Shown piece after piece: positions 39,463 to 48,973 of a DNA stretch of 64,000 nt. Under the pieces are notes generated by a model that did not search any database, was not told where the DNA came from, and saw only the letters and a program-made list of their open reading frames with translations. The translations under genes were made by a program, and so were the position numbers. The first letter of the stretch is position 1. Every line of letters starts with the position of its first letter. The stretch comes from an uncultured beta proteobacterium (lineage in GTDB: Bacteria > Pseudomonadota > Gammaproteobacteria > Burkholderiales > SG8-39), in assembly GCA_963747775.1 (NCBI GenBank), contig CAVVGT010000012.1, positions 30,975-94,974 on the forward strand, written 5' to 3'.

Positions 39463-40320
39463 ATGCCCCGCGCCGATCTCGCTCACTGCCGCGCACTTCT
39501 CTTCACCCCCGCCAATCGCGCCGAGCGCTTCGCGAAGGCCGCCGCCACCGGCGCCGACGCGCTGATCCTCGACCTCGAGGACGCCGTGGCCGCGCCGGCG
39601 AAGGACGAGGCGCGCGCCATCCTGATCAAGCACTTCCACGGCGACTTTCGCGCCGGCCTCGGACCCCAGCAGCTCAAAGGGCTGCGGGTGAACAACATCC
39701 ACACCGGCCCCGGCCTGCGCGATCTGGACGCGCTCGCTTCGAGCGGCGTCGTGCCCGATTTCGTGATGGTCCCTAAGGTCGAGTCGGCGTTCGAGGTCCG
39801 GCTCTATGCGCGCCATCTCGAAGGCGCGCAGGCGGCGATCGGTCTCGTCTGCCTGATCGAGTCGGCGCGCGGGCTCGAGGCGGCGGTGGAAATCGCGCAA
39901 GCGGACCCGCGGGTGCGCGTCCTCGCGTTCGGCGGCGTCGACCTGGCCGCGGACTTGCGCGCCGAGCTCGCCTGGGAGCCGCTGCTCTACGGCCGCTCGC
40001 GCCTCGCCCAGGCGGCCGCGAGTGCCGGGCTGGGGCTCCTCGATGTGCCGCACCTCGCGCTCGACGACGCGGCGGCCCTGCGCACCGATTGCCAGCGGGT
40101 TAAGGCGCTCGGCTTCACCGGCAAGCTCGCGATCCACCCGAAGCAGGTCGCGCCGATCGTGGACGCCTTCACACCGACCGCGGCCGAGGTCGATCGCGCG
40201 ACGCGGATGATCGCCGCGCTGGAACAGGCGGGCGGCAACGCGGTGGAGTTCGAGGGCAAGATGCTGGAGGGGCCGGTCGTGAAGGCGGCGCGGCGCATGC
40301 TCGCCCTGGCACGACGCTGA
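39463..40320 (+). CDS. CitE/HpcH family CoA-ester lyase
   Basis: ILDLEDAV, PKVES, IESARG, GKLAIHPKQ. Confidence 0.92.
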   Translation: MPRADLAHCRALLFTPANRAERFAKAAATGADALILDLEDAVAAPAKDEARAILIKHFHGDFRAGLGPQQLKGLRVNNIHTGPGLRDLDALASSGVVPDFVMVPKVESAFEVRLYARHLEGAQAAIGLVCLIESARGLEAAVEIAQADPRVRVLAFGGVDLAADLRAELAWEPLLYGRSRLAQAAASAGLGLLDVPHLALDDAAALRTDCQRVKALGFTGKLAIHPKQVAPIVDAFTPTAAEVDRATRMIAALEQAGGNAVEFEGKMLEGPVVKAARRMLALARR

Positions 40321-40329
40321 GGAGCTGCG

Positions 40330-41184
40330 ATGACCTACACGACGCTCAAGTACGACCGGCAAGACCGCATCGCGCGCATCACCCTGAACCGCCCCGAGCG
40401 GTTGAACGCGATCAACGCGGCGATGCCGGGCGAGATCCGCCGCGCGGTCGAGCAGGCCAACGCCGACGATGCCGTGCACGTGATCGTGCTCGCGGGCGCG
40501 GGGCGCGCGTTCTGCGCCGGCTACGACCTGAAACAGTACGCGGAAGGCGAGACCCCGCTGATCCAGGACATGCCCTGGGACCCGATGCAGGACTACCGGA
40601 TCATGAAGGGCTTCACCGACGACTTCTTCTCGATCTGGCGCAGCTACAAGCCGGTGCTCTGCAAGGTGCACGGCTACGCGGTCGCGGGCGGGTCGGACAT
40701 TGCGCTGTGCGCGGACATCGTGGTCATGGCGGAGGACGCGCGCATCGGCTACATGCCGGCGCGCGTGTGGGGCTGCCCGACCACCGCGATGTGGGTGTAC
40801 CGCCTCGGCGCCGAGAAGGCGAAGCGCATGCTCCTCACCGGCGACACGATCGACGGCAGGACCGCCAAGGCCTGGGGGCTCGTCTACGAAGCAGTGCCCG
40901 AGGACCTGCTGGACGCCGAGGTCGACGCGCTCGCCGAGCGGATGAGTGCGGTGCCCAGGAACCAGCTCATGATGCAGAAGCTGATGATCAACCAGGCCTA
41001 CGAGAACATGGGGCTCACGAGCACGCAGATGATCGCGACGCTCTTCGACGGCATCACCCGGCACACCCCCGAGGGGATGTGGTTCAAGCGCCACGCCGAG
41101 GCGCACGGCTTCCACGCCGCCGTCGAATGGCGCGACAGCGGCAAGCCGATTCCCGAGGGCCGCGCGGCGGGCGACGCGAAATGA
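40330..41184 (+). CDS. Crotonase/enoyl-CoA hydratase family
   Basis: [23 protein letters not shown]. Confidence 0.9.
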   Translation: MTYTTLKYDRQDRIARITLNRPERLNAINAAMPGEIRRAVEQANADDAVHVIVLAGAGRAFCAGYDLKQYAEGETPLIQDMPWDPMQDYRIMKGFTDDFFSIWRSYKPVLCKVHGYAVAGGSDIALCADIVVMAEDARIGYMPARVWGCPTTAMWVYRLGAEKAKRMLLTGDTIDGRTAKAWGLVYEAVPEDLLDAEVDALAERMSAVPRNQLMMQKLMINQAYENMGLTSTQMIATLFDGITRHTPEGMWFKRHAEAHGFHAAVEWRDSGKPIPEGRAAGDAK

Positions 41185-42005
41185 GGGCCGTGGTCGCGCT
41201 GGCCGGAATGCTCGTCGCGGCGGCCGCGGTCGCGCAAAGCGACTCGCCGCCGCCCCGGGACGCGCCGTACTTCCCGACGCCGCAGTCGGTGGTCGAGCGG
41301 ATGCTCCAGCTCGCAAAGGTCGGTCCCGAGGATTTCGTGATGGACCTCGGCGCGGGCGACGGGCGCATCGTCATCACCGCGGCGAAGAAGTACGGCGCAC
41401 GGGGGCTGGGCATCGAGATCGAGCCCAGCCTGGTGACGCAGGCGAACTGGTACGCGCGGCGCAACGGCGTGGGCGACCGGGCGAAGTTCGTCGAGCAGGA
41501 TCTCTTCCAGACCGACCTCCGGCCGGCGACCGTGCTGACGTTGTACCTCTTCCGCGAGCTCAACATCAAGCTCGCACCGCGCATCCTCGAGCAGCTGCGC
41601 CCGGGGGCGCGCGTCGTGTCGCACGACTGGGATCTGGGCGACTGGCCGCCGGACCACCAGGAGACCATGCCCGCACCGGACAAGGCGGTGGGCATCAGCC
41701 GCGAGAGCAAGGTGTTCATGTGGGTCGTGCCGGCGCGCGTCCAGGGCCAGTGGCGCCTCGAGACCACGCTGCCCGGCGCGCAGTCCGCGACGCTCGCGCT
41801 TCGACAGCGCTATCAGTTCTTCGAAGGGACGCTGGACTCGGTGGCCCTGCAGGGCGGGCGTGCGAACGGCACGGGGCTCGCGTTCACCGTCTCCGGTGCG
41901 ACGCCGTTCGCGGGACGCTACGAGGGGACCGCGGACGGCGACGCGATTTCCGGCCGCGTCGCGCGGGCGGACGGCGCCACGGGCACGTGGCGGGCGGTGC
42001 GCTGA
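41181..42005 (+). CDS. Signal-peptide class I methyltransferase, paralog 1
   Basis: [18 protein letters not shown]; [25 protein letters not shown]. Confidence 0.88.
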   Translation: MRAVVALAGMLVAAAAVAQSDSPPPRDAPYFPTPQSVVERMLQLAKVGPEDFVMDLGAGDGRIVITAAKKYGARGLGIEIEPSLVTQANWYARRNGVGDRAKFVEQDLFQTDLRPATVLTLYLFRELNIKLAPRILEQLRPGARVVSHDWDLGDWPPDHQETMPAPDKAVGISRESKVFMWVVPARVQGQWRLETTLPGAQSATLALRQRYQFFEGTLDSVALQGGRANGTGLAFTVSGATPFAGRYEGTADGDAISGRVARADGATGTWRAVR

Positions 42006-42008
42006 GCG

Positions 42009-42839
42009 ATGCGCCGAGCCGCTGCCATCGTTGCCATGGCGCTCGCGATCGCCGTCGCGCACGGGTACACCTACGACGTCGGCTATGACCCCTACGTCCC
42101 GACGCCGCATTCGATCGTCGAGCGCATGCTCGCCTTCGCCGAAGTCGGTCCGAGCGATCTCGTCGTCGACCTCGGCTCGGGCGACGGGCGCATCGTGATC
42201 GCCGCTGCGAAACAGTTCGGCGCGCGCGGGCTCGGCGTCGAGATCGACCGCACGCTGATCGCCGAGGCGCAGGAGAAGGCCGCGAAAGCCGGGGTCGCCG
42301 GGCGGGTGCGGTTCGTCGCGCGCGACCTGTTTGAAGCCGACCTGCGCGAGGCAACGGTGCTCACGCTCTATCTCCTGCCCGAAACCAACCGCAAGCTCCT
42401 GCCCAAGATCCTCGCCGAGATGCGCCCCGGGACGCGCGTCGTGGCGCATCGCTTCGCGGTCGGCGACTGGCGTCCGGACGCGCGGATCAACGTCGATGCC
42501 TCCGACGACTGGTCGGCGTCGCACTCGGAGCGTTGGCTGTACCTCTGGTACGTGCCGGCGCGCGTCGCCGGCGAGTGGGAGGTCGTGCGCGAGGGCGACG
42601 GCACGTCGTTCCGCCTCGCGCTCGACCAGGCGTATCAGCAGATCGGCGGTGCCGCCGCCGGCGGCGAAGCGCGCGTGGCGCTCGAGCTCGCGGCGCTGCA
42701 CGGCACCGAGATCCGCTTCATCGTGCCCGGGTCCGCGCCGTTCGCGGGCGACTACGCCGGCCGGATCGACGGCGACACGATGAGCGGCGACCTGAACGGC
42801 GGGGCGCAGTGGCGCGCGGTGCGGAGGCGGGCCCCGTGA
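42009..42839 (+). CDS. Signal-peptide class I methyltransferase, paralog 2
   Basis: MRRAAAIVAMALAIAVAHG; PYVPTP, DLGSGDGRI, LYL, RVVAHRF. Confidence 0.88.
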   Translation: MRRAAAIVAMALAIAVAHGYTYDVGYDPYVPTPHSIVERMLAFAEVGPSDLVVDLGSGDGRIVIAAAKQFGARGLGVEIDRTLIAEAQEKAAKAGVAGRVRFVARDLFEADLREATVLTLYLLPETNRKLLPKILAEMRPGTRVVAHRFAVGDWRPDARINVDASDDWSASHSERWLYLWYVPARVAGEWEVVREGDGTSFRLALDQAYQQIGGAAAGGEARVALELAALHGTEIRFIVPGSAPFAGDYAGRIDGDTMSGDLNGGAQWRAVRRRAP

Positions 42840-43666
42840 CCGCCTTGCGCCTGCTCTGCGCGCTGCTGCTGCTCGCGGCGACGGCCGCACGCGGAGAGGA
42901 GGTGCCGTACGTCCAGACGCCGCAGAACGTCGTCGAGGCGATGCTCGAGCTCGCGGGCGTGCGCGGCAACGATTTCCTGATCGACCTCGGGTCGGGCGAC
43001 GGCCGCATCGTGATCACCGCGGCGAAGCAGTACGGCGCGAGCGGCGTCGGCATCGACTACGACAACTACCTCGTCAAGGAGAGCACCGACAACGCGGCGA
43101 GGGCCGGCGTCGCCGACCGCGCGCGCTTCCTCAAGGAGGACATCTTCGAGACCGACCTGAGCGCGGCGACGGTGGTCACGATGTACCTGCTGCCCGAGTT
43201 CAACCTCCGACTGCGGCCGCGGCTTCTCGCCGAGCTGCGCGCCGGTGCGCGCGTGGTGTCGCACGATTGGGACATGGGCGAGTGGGCGCCCGACGCGAGG
43301 ATCGAGGTGGCGGCGCCGGAGAAGAAGATCGGGCTGCGCAAGACGAGCACGCTCTTCCTGTGGATCATCCCGGCGCAGCTCGCCGGAAAATGGGAGACGC
43401 GCGTGCCGGTGGGCGACGGCTCGATGGAGATCGAGCTGGAGCTCGAGCAGGCATTCCAGAATCTCGGCGGCATCGCGCGCATCGACGGCTCGGCGCGACC
43501 GATCGAGCGTTCGGAGGTGAAGGGGCGCTACGTCGCGTTCCGGATCGACGATCCGGCCGGGGGCGCAATCCGGTTCCAGGGCAACGCCTCTTCGGACCGC
43601 ATCGTCGGGCAGGTCTCCTCGCCCGACGGCCGCACCTATCCCTGGCGCGCGCTGCGCGTGAAATAG
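42836..43666 (+). CDS. Signal-peptide class I methyltransferase, paralog 3
   Basis: GTG overlaps the paralog-2 stop; TALRLLCALLLLAATAARG; PYVQTP, DLGSGDGRI, MYL, RVVSHDW. Confidence 0.88.
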   Translation: MTALRLLCALLLLAATAARGEEVPYVQTPQNVVEAMLELAGVRGNDFLIDLGSGDGRIVITAAKQYGASGVGIDYDNYLVKESTDNAARAGVADRARFLKEDIFETDLSAATVVTMYLLPEFNLRLRPRLLAELRAGARVVSHDWDMGEWAPDARIEVAAPEKKIGLRKTSTLFLWIIPAQLAGKWETRVPVGDGSMEIELELEQAFQNLGGIARIDGSARPIERSEVKGRYVAFRIDDPAGGAIRFQGNASSDRIVGQVSSPDGRTYPWRALRVK

Positions 43667-43673
43667 CTGCGCG

Positions 43674-44303
43674 TCACCAGCCGCCGCGCTGCGCCGCCAG
43701 CCGGCGCCAGCGGCGCAGCAGCAGCCACCCGCCGAGCATGCCGCCGAGGTGCGCGAAGTGCGCGACGCCCTGCGACGTCCCGGTCACGCCCAGGTACAGC
43801 TCCAGCGCGCCGTACACCGTCACGAATAGCCACGCCGGCATCGGGATCGGCGGGAAGATCAGCATGATCATGCGGCGCGGGAACAGCATTCCAAATGCGA
43901 GCAGCAGCCCGAACACGCCCCCCGATGCCCCGACGGTGGGGTACGGCGTGGCGCTCCCGACCCCCGACACGACGAGCTGCGTGATCGCGGCGACGATCAC
44001 CGCAACGAAGTAGTACTGCAGATAACGCCGCGGGCCGAACACGCGCTCGATCTCTCCGCCGAACATGTACAGAGCGAACATGTTGAAGAAGAGGTGCAGG
44101 GTGTTGCCGTGCAGGAACGCGTAGGTGACGAGCTGCCACAGGTTGAAGCCCGCGCCCGACTCGGGGCCGAGCATCGACGCGGAGCCGAGCGGCCAGAGCG
44201 CGAAGGCGGCGACGAACCCGTCACCGAGCAGGAGTTGGGCGCAGAAGATCGCGACGTTTGCGAAGATCAGCGCGCGGGTGACGGGCGGGATCGAGCGGAA
44301 CAT
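43674..44303 (-). CDS. Rhomboid intramembrane serine protease
   Basis: HLFFNM, GASG, AHFAHLGG. Confidence 0.93.
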   Translation of the reverse strand: MFRSIPPVTRALIFANVAIFCAQLLLGDGFVAAFALWPLGSASMLGPESGAGFNLWQLVTYAFLHGNTLHLFFNMFALYMFGGEIERVFGPRRYLQYYFVAVIVAAITQLVVSGVGSATPYPTVGASGGVFGLLLAFGMLFPRRMIMLIFPPIPMPAWLFVTVYGALELYLGVTGTSQGVAHFAHLGGMLGGWLLLRRWRRLAAQRGGW

Positions 44304-44418
44304 GGTGGGTGGAGGTCGACCAGACTCTACATGAGGGCGGTCGAGCGGGGCTCAATGCCCGGAATCGGCCGGCGCCTGCAGGCGAGGGGGCGTGCCGCCG
44401 GGGGCGGGGCGCGATTAG

Positions 44419-44946
44419 TTGCGCGCCTGCGCTCTGCGGGTTTGGTGGTCGGACACCGTGCAGGCCTGGCAACCGGGCAAGTCTGCCAGGGGCGTTGCAG
44501 TCAATGCGTTTCTCCTGTCGTTTGCGGCCTTTCTCATTACGTTCTTGAAACCCACGATCTCCCTAGCAAGAGGTGTAGGCGCGCTCGGGCTTTTCGTGTG
44601 CGTGGTTTGGGCGCTCTTGATGATGCGTAATTTCGACTTCTATAGGTACTACTGAACCTGGGCCCGCAAGTTTGAAATGGATGCCTTCGGAGATCTTGTT
44701 CAAATGGTTCGACGCGGCGAGGATTTTGCGCGAGGAGATACCGTGGATGTTGAGGGCGCAAAGGTTCGTTTGCGATGGGGAAGCAAACTCTTCAGAGCCG
44801 AATGGCTGATCTACGCCGTAATAGCTGCCTTTGCAGTTGTCTACGCCTATATCACGATGCCGACCATGATGGCCGAGAGAAGGGCGCCGAAGAGGATCGG
44901 TGCAAAACGAGCGGGAATACGCATTTCATACTCCTGTCAGAAGTAG
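44419..44946 (+). pseudogene. Small membrane protein (RipA/octameric-membrane-protein-like) with in-frame TGA
   Basis: ORFs 44419-44655 and 44677-44946 share a frame: VNAFLL..GLFVCVVW..FYRYY*TWARKFE..TM; 5' end unclear. Confidence 0.5.
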
Positions 44947-44979
44947 CTGACCAAGCAAGTGCTGTTGCGGACGCCGCCT

Positions 44980-45471
44980 TTACGCCGTGTACAGAAAGCT
45001 GGTAGCCCAGCCGGCTGCATAGAGTCCGAGGCCGAAAATCGCGTGCGTGACGAGGCTCTGAAACCGGGCGGCGGCAGGGCGCGGAGTGCGGCTGGCGGCG
45101 ATGCCGGCGCCCATGCCCGGTTGCATCACCAGGAAGGGCGCCGCCACGGTGCAGATCCCGACGAGTAGCGCGGGCCCGATCGTCGGGTGGTGAATCCAAG
45201 CGAGGCCCCAAACACCAAGCAGGATGGCCGCAAACGCAACACCGGTCAGGTAATGTGCGGTCCACCCGATCAGGCGCTCGCCGTGCACCGGTAGCGCTGC
45301 CGCGATGGAATCATGGCAAAAGCGCCCGCGCGGCATATAGGCGAACCAGCGGCCCACCAGCCCATAGTTCGGTGGAGGGATGCCGAGAAGGTGCTTCCGG
45401 GCAATCGCCCAGAGGTCCGTCAGCGCCGTCGCGCCCACCCCGGTGAGCAGAATGCCTACCAAATAGTCCAT
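44980..45471 (-). CDS. DUF2938 membrane protein
   Basis: GVGATALTDLW, VGRW, GWTAHY, PFLVMQPGMGAGIAAS. Confidence 0.88.
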   Translation of the reverse strand: MDYLVGILLTGVGATALTDLWAIARKHLLGIPPPNYGLVGRWFAYMPRGRFCHDSIAAALPVHGERLIGWTAHYLTGVAFAAILLGVWGLAWIHHPTIGPALLVGICTVAAPFLVMQPGMGAGIAASRTPRPAAARFQSLVTHAIFGLGLYAAGWATSFLYTA

Positions 45472-45520
45472 GACCGTCCCCAATTGATTGCCTTCAAGCG
45501 GCACAAGCTGCACAGTGCCA

Positions 45521-45543
45521 CTTGAAGTCAACTTGAGGTCAAG
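45521..45543 (-). promoter_or_regulatory. MerR/SoxR-type operator overlapping the -35 of the DUF2938 promoter
   Basis: Minus strand CTTGACCTCAAGTTGACTTCAAG: TTGACC plus a dyad resembling the SoxR box CCTCAAGTTAACTTGAGG. Confidence 0.75.
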
Positions 45544-45554
45544 GGGCGCGAGAA

Positions 45555-46040
45555 ATGGACATTTCCGAGGTGGCGAAGCGGTCCGGCGTTCCTGCCTCGA
45601 CGCTGCGCTTCTACGAGGAAAAGGGCCTGATCGCCTCTGTCGGCAGGCGGGGACTGCGCCGCCTGTTCGATCCCGGCGTGCTGGAACGGCTGGCGCTGAT
45701 CGCACTGGGACGCTCTGCGGGCTTTTCGCTCGATGAAATCGCGCGCATGTTCGCGTCTGACGGGCGCCCGAACATTGACCGGCGCGTACTCTCGGCCAAG
45801 GCAGAGGAACTGGACGGGAAGATTCGCAAGCTGAGCGCCATGCGCGACGGCCTGAGACACGCCGCCGTCTGCCCCGCCCCGAGCCACATGGAATGCCCGA
45901 CGTTCCGCCGCTTATTGTGGGGCGCTGGTTCTGGAGCTATTGGCAAGCGAAGCAAGAACACGTCCGTTAAGTCAACGACGGCCTCAGTAGTGTCCGGATG
46001 TTTACCGCTCGATGTTCCAGAACTGCTTGATGCGAAATAG
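45555..46040 (+). CDS. MerR family regulator (C-terminus extended by IS4 insertion)
   Basis: MDISEVAKRSGVPASTLRFYEEKGLI; CPAPSHMECP. Confidence 0.92.
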   Translation: MDISEVAKRSGVPASTLRFYEEKGLIASVGRRGLRRLFDPGVLERLALIALGRSAGFSLDEIARMFASDGRPNIDRRVLSAKAEELDGKIRKLSAMRDGLRHAAVCPAPSHMECPTFRRLLWGAGSGAIGKRSKNTSVKSTTASVVSGCLPLDVPELLDAK

Positions 46041-47309
46041 GTAGTTCATGTTGTTGCCTGGTCTCGATTTCGACCGCGAGCACCGATTCTGCGACCCTGC
46101 GGAGCTATTCCTCGCGGGGTCGACCGATGAATCTGGGCAAGCTCGTGTTCTCGCAGCTCATGGGGCATCTTCCGCTGACTACCTTCCGGCGATGTGTCGC
46201 ACGCTACCGTGGTCATTTCAAGGTCAAGTCGTTCAGCTGTCTGGAGCACTACCTGTGCATGGCCTTTGCGCAGCTCACCTTTCGCGAGAGCCTGCGCGAC
46301 ATCGAAGCGTGTTTGCGAGCGCAATCCGCCAAGCTCTATCACATGGGCATTCGCAGTGCGGTGTCGCGCAGCACGCTGGCCGATGCGAACGAGTCGCGCG
46401 ACTGGCGCATCTACTGCGACTTCGCCCAGAGCTTGATTGGGATCGCCCGCCGGCTCTACGCCGAGGACTCCTTCGGCGTCGAGTTGAAGAACACTGTCTA
46501 CGCGCTCGATTCCACGACGATCGACCTGTGCTTGTCGATGTTCCCCTGGGCACCATTTCGCTCCACCAAGGCGGCAGTGAAGCTTCACACGCTGCTCGAC
46601 CTGCGCGGCAACATCCCGTCTTTCATCTTCATCAGCGACGGCAAACTCCACGACGTCAACATCCTGGACGAGCTCCTGCCCGAGGCGGGTGCTTTCTATG
46701 TGATGGATCGGGGCTACATCGACTTCGAGCGCCTGGCGCGCTTGCACCAGGCAGGCAGTTTCTTCGTCACCCGCGCCAAGTCCAACTTCCAGGCGAGCCG
46801 CCGCTACTCCGCTCCGGTCGACCGAACCACTGGGCTGGTCTGCGACCAGACGGTGGTGCTCACGGGTTTTTACTCCCGCAAGGGATTCGAGGAGCCGCTG
46901 CGAAGGATCAAGTTCAACGATCCGGAGTCGGGCAAACGGCTGGTGTTCCTGACCAACAACTTCGCGTTGCCCGCCTTCACCATCACCCAGCTCTATCGGC
47001 TGCGCTGGCAAGTGGAGCTCTTTTTCAAATGGATCAAGCAGCATCTTCGGATCAAGGCGTTCTTCGGCACCAGCGAGAACGCGGTCAAGTCACAAGTCTG
47101 GATCGCGGTGTCCGTCTACGTGCTGGTGGCCATCGTCAAGAAACGGCTCGATATCTCGGCAAGTTTGTACGAGATCCTACAAATCCTGAGTCTCACGATG
47201 TTCGAGCGAACGCCGCTGGATCAACTGCTTACGCTCTCTGCACCGGAGCCCGACACCTTGAATTCGGCTAACCAGTTGAGTTTGTTTGTCTAACATCCGG
47301 ACACTACTG
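45985..47309 (+). mobile_element. IS4-family insertion sequence, 1325 bp
   Basis: Perfect 18-bp IRs CAGTAGTGTCCGGATGTT / AACATCCGGACACTACTG; 9-bp TSD CGACGGCCT at 45976-45984 and 47310-47318. Confidence 0.95.
46127..47293 (+). CDS. IS4 family DDE transposase (DUF4372 N-terminus)
   Basis: LDSTTIDL, VMDRGY, YRLRWQVELFFKWIKQ (YREK motif). Confidence 0.95.
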   Translation: MNLGKLVFSQLMGHLPLTTFRRCVARYRGHFKVKSFSCLEHYLCMAFAQLTFRESLRDIEACLRAQSAKLYHMGIRSAVSRSTLADANESRDWRIYCDFAQSLIGIARRLYAEDSFGVELKNTVYALDSTTIDLCLSMFPWAPFRSTKAAVKLHTLLDLRGNIPSFIFISDGKLHDVNILDELLPEAGAFYVMDRGYIDFERLARLHQAGSFFVTRAKSNFQASRRYSAPVDRTTGLVCDQTVVLTGFYSRKGFEEPLRRIKFNDPESGKRLVFLTNNFALPAFTITQLYRLRWQVELFFKWIKQHLRIKAFFGTSENAVKSQVWIAVSVYVLVAIVKKRLDISASLYEILQILSLTMFERTPLDQLLTLSAPEPDTLNSANQLSLFV

Positions 47310-47314
47310 CGACG

Positions 47315-47340
47315 GCCTAACAATTCGCCGCAGGGTCGAC
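47315..47340 (+). repeat. attC left-half remnant
   Basis: GCCTAAC (RYYYAAC) AATTC GCCGCAG. Before IS4 insertion this TAA was the MerR stop. No right half found. Confidence 0.55.
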
Positions 47341-47437
47341 AGCACCTCACCGGATAATGTGGACACCCCCACCCAACGCTGAAGGAAGGAGCTGCGCGAG
47401 TATCGTTTCGCTTTCGCCGAACGGACTGGAGCGCGAC

Positions 47438-47899
47438 ATGCCCGAGGAGATACGTGCTGAGATCGACGACCTCTCCCTGATCAGGGAGCTCGTGCTGAAT
47501 CAGTTCCGCGGCCTCGCTTGGACGCGCGACCAAGAACCGAACTGGCAGGCGTTCGCTCAAGGGGTTATTCCCGACGCACGCCTTTTCCCTGCGGCGCGCC
47601 CGCTAAGGTCTCAAACGATCGATCAGTTCATCCATCGGATGAAAAGATTACGAGCCCAGGGTAAGCTCGTTTCGTTCCAGGAAACTCCTCTCGGTTGCGC
47701 CGTGCGAGTGTTCGGCAACGTCGCTGTCGCCTTCGCTGCCTGCGAGATGCTTGAGAACAACTCAACGGTGACTCGCGACGTTAGCGCCATCGTTCTTGTC
47801 CGAGACAGCGGCACCTGGCGCATTGTCGCGCAAGCGTGGGACGTCGAGACTGAATCGAACAGGATTCCGAGTGATCTCGCGACGCCCGCAACCCATTGA
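47438..47899 (+). CDS. NTF2-like/DUF4440 family protein
   Basis: GGAG RBS; VRVFGNVAVAF..LVRDSGTWRIVAQAWD. Confidence 0.78.
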   Translation: MPEEIRAEIDDLSLIRELVLNQFRGLAWTRDQEPNWQAFAQGVIPDARLFPAARPLRSQTIDQFIHRMKRLRAQGKLVSFQETPLGCAVRVFGNVAVAFAACEMLENNSTVTRDVSAIVLVRDSGTWRIVAQAWDVETESNRIPSDLATPATH

Positions 47900-47929
47900 G
47901 AGGCCCGCGACAGCTCTGTCGCAAGTGGC

Positions 47930-48013
47930 GCCCAACCGTCCGATACGGCGGACCGCTTCGCAGCGGGCTTGCGCCCGCCTGCTTCGCGGCCACTGATCGG
48001 GAACGTTTAGGGC
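47930..48013 (+). repeat. Degenerate attC site
   Basis: GCCCAAC..CCGAT..GCGGACCGC..GCAGCGGGC/GCCCGCCTGC..GCGGCCACTGATCGG..GTTTAGGGC. Confidence 0.72.
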
Positions 48014-48042
48014 TCGACCACACCCACGCACCGAGAGGGACC

Positions 48043-48678
48043 ATGGCAGACGATCCGATGTACCACGATGGGATGCGCCAGCTTCAGGACCTGCGCGAAA
48101 CGAGGCGCCTCGCTGATCGGCTGGAGAAAACGATTGTTCGCACAGCGTTCACCGACGAGGATCGCGCGTTCATTCAACGTTGTTCGATGTTCTTTGTGGC
48201 AACCGCAGACGGCCGCGGCCGTCCGGACTGTTCGTATAAGGGTGGATTGCCCGGATTCGTGCGCGTCCTCGACGGCCGCACTCTTGCCATTCCCGACTAC
48301 GATGGCAACGGAATGTATCGAACCTGGGGAAACATTCTCGCCAATCCTCACTTGGGGTTACTGTTCATCGACTTCGAGAATCAAAAACGCCTTCGGGTCA
48401 ACGCCACAGCGCAGATCAGAGCGGACGACCCTTTACGCGCCGAATACCCTGGCTCGGTGTTCATTGTTCGCATGACGGCGCACCGAATCTTCCCGGTATG
48501 CCCACGCTACATTCACAAGATGCAGCTTGTTGAACTCTCGGCGTACGTGCCGAAACCCGATTACACGCCACCGGTTCCTGCATGGAAGACTTTTGCCGAG
48601 TTTCGCGATGCACTACCAGCCCGTGACCGTGAAGATGACAGTAATCAGGGAGCAAACAGCCAGCCGACGAAGCCCTAA
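48043..48678 (+). CDS. Pyridoxamine 5'-phosphate oxidase-like FMN-binding protein
   Basis: FFVATAD..DCSYKGGLPGFV, PDYDGNG, CPRYIH; the stop TAA lies within CCCTAAC (attC R''). Confidence 0.9.
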   Translation: MADDPMYHDGMRQLQDLRETRRLADRLEKTIVRTAFTDEDRAFIQRCSMFFVATADGRGRPDCSYKGGLPGFVRVLDGRTLAIPDYDGNGMYRTWGNILANPHLGLLFIDFENQKRLRVNATAQIRADDPLRAEYPGSVFIVRMTAHRIFPVCPRYIHKMQLVELSAYVPKPDYTPPVPAWKTFAEFRDALPARDREDDSNQGANSQPTKP

Positions 48679-48700
48679 CCCGCGTATATGGACTCCCCCC

Positions 48701-48973
48701 AAGAAGGAAGAGGCTGATCGATAGTTCTGGCACGGAGGGAACGCCTGCAGTCGTATATCCGGCATCGTGAGTGGGCTCTGTGTGGCCCGTGCCGACATGG
48801 AATCTGCGAGCACCGAGGCGCCAATCGTTGCAACGGGCAGAGCGTGATAGCTCGCCACGCAGGGTTATCGGCGTCAGTCGGTGCGGGGGTGACCCGGGGT
48901 GCCATGGTGGGCGATCAGTCTCTACGCAAGCGATGGCGGGGTGAGTTCGTTCAGTCGAAGCGATCTCGCGCGC
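48701..48973 (-). ncRNA. Candidate bridge/seek RNA in the IS1111 3' non-coding region (boundaries approximate)
   Basis: ~270-nt NCR downstream of tnp; contains TAACCCTGCGT and TGCAACG (target-like) and GATTCCATG / GGATATAC (donor-like). Confidence 0.7.

Noticed and set aside
44653-44655. In-frame TGA as selenocysteine or recoding
   Set aside because: No evident SECIS hairpin or redox motif, and TGA is a normal stop elsewhere in the window.
46048-47271. 407-aa alternative-frame ORF and 332-aa antisense ORF in IS4
   Set aside because: Both overlap the clear transposase and have no recognisable motifs.
47345-47370. CCGGATAATGTGGACACC as an IS3-like end
   Set aside because: No partner IR, terminal TG or transposase remnant is visible.
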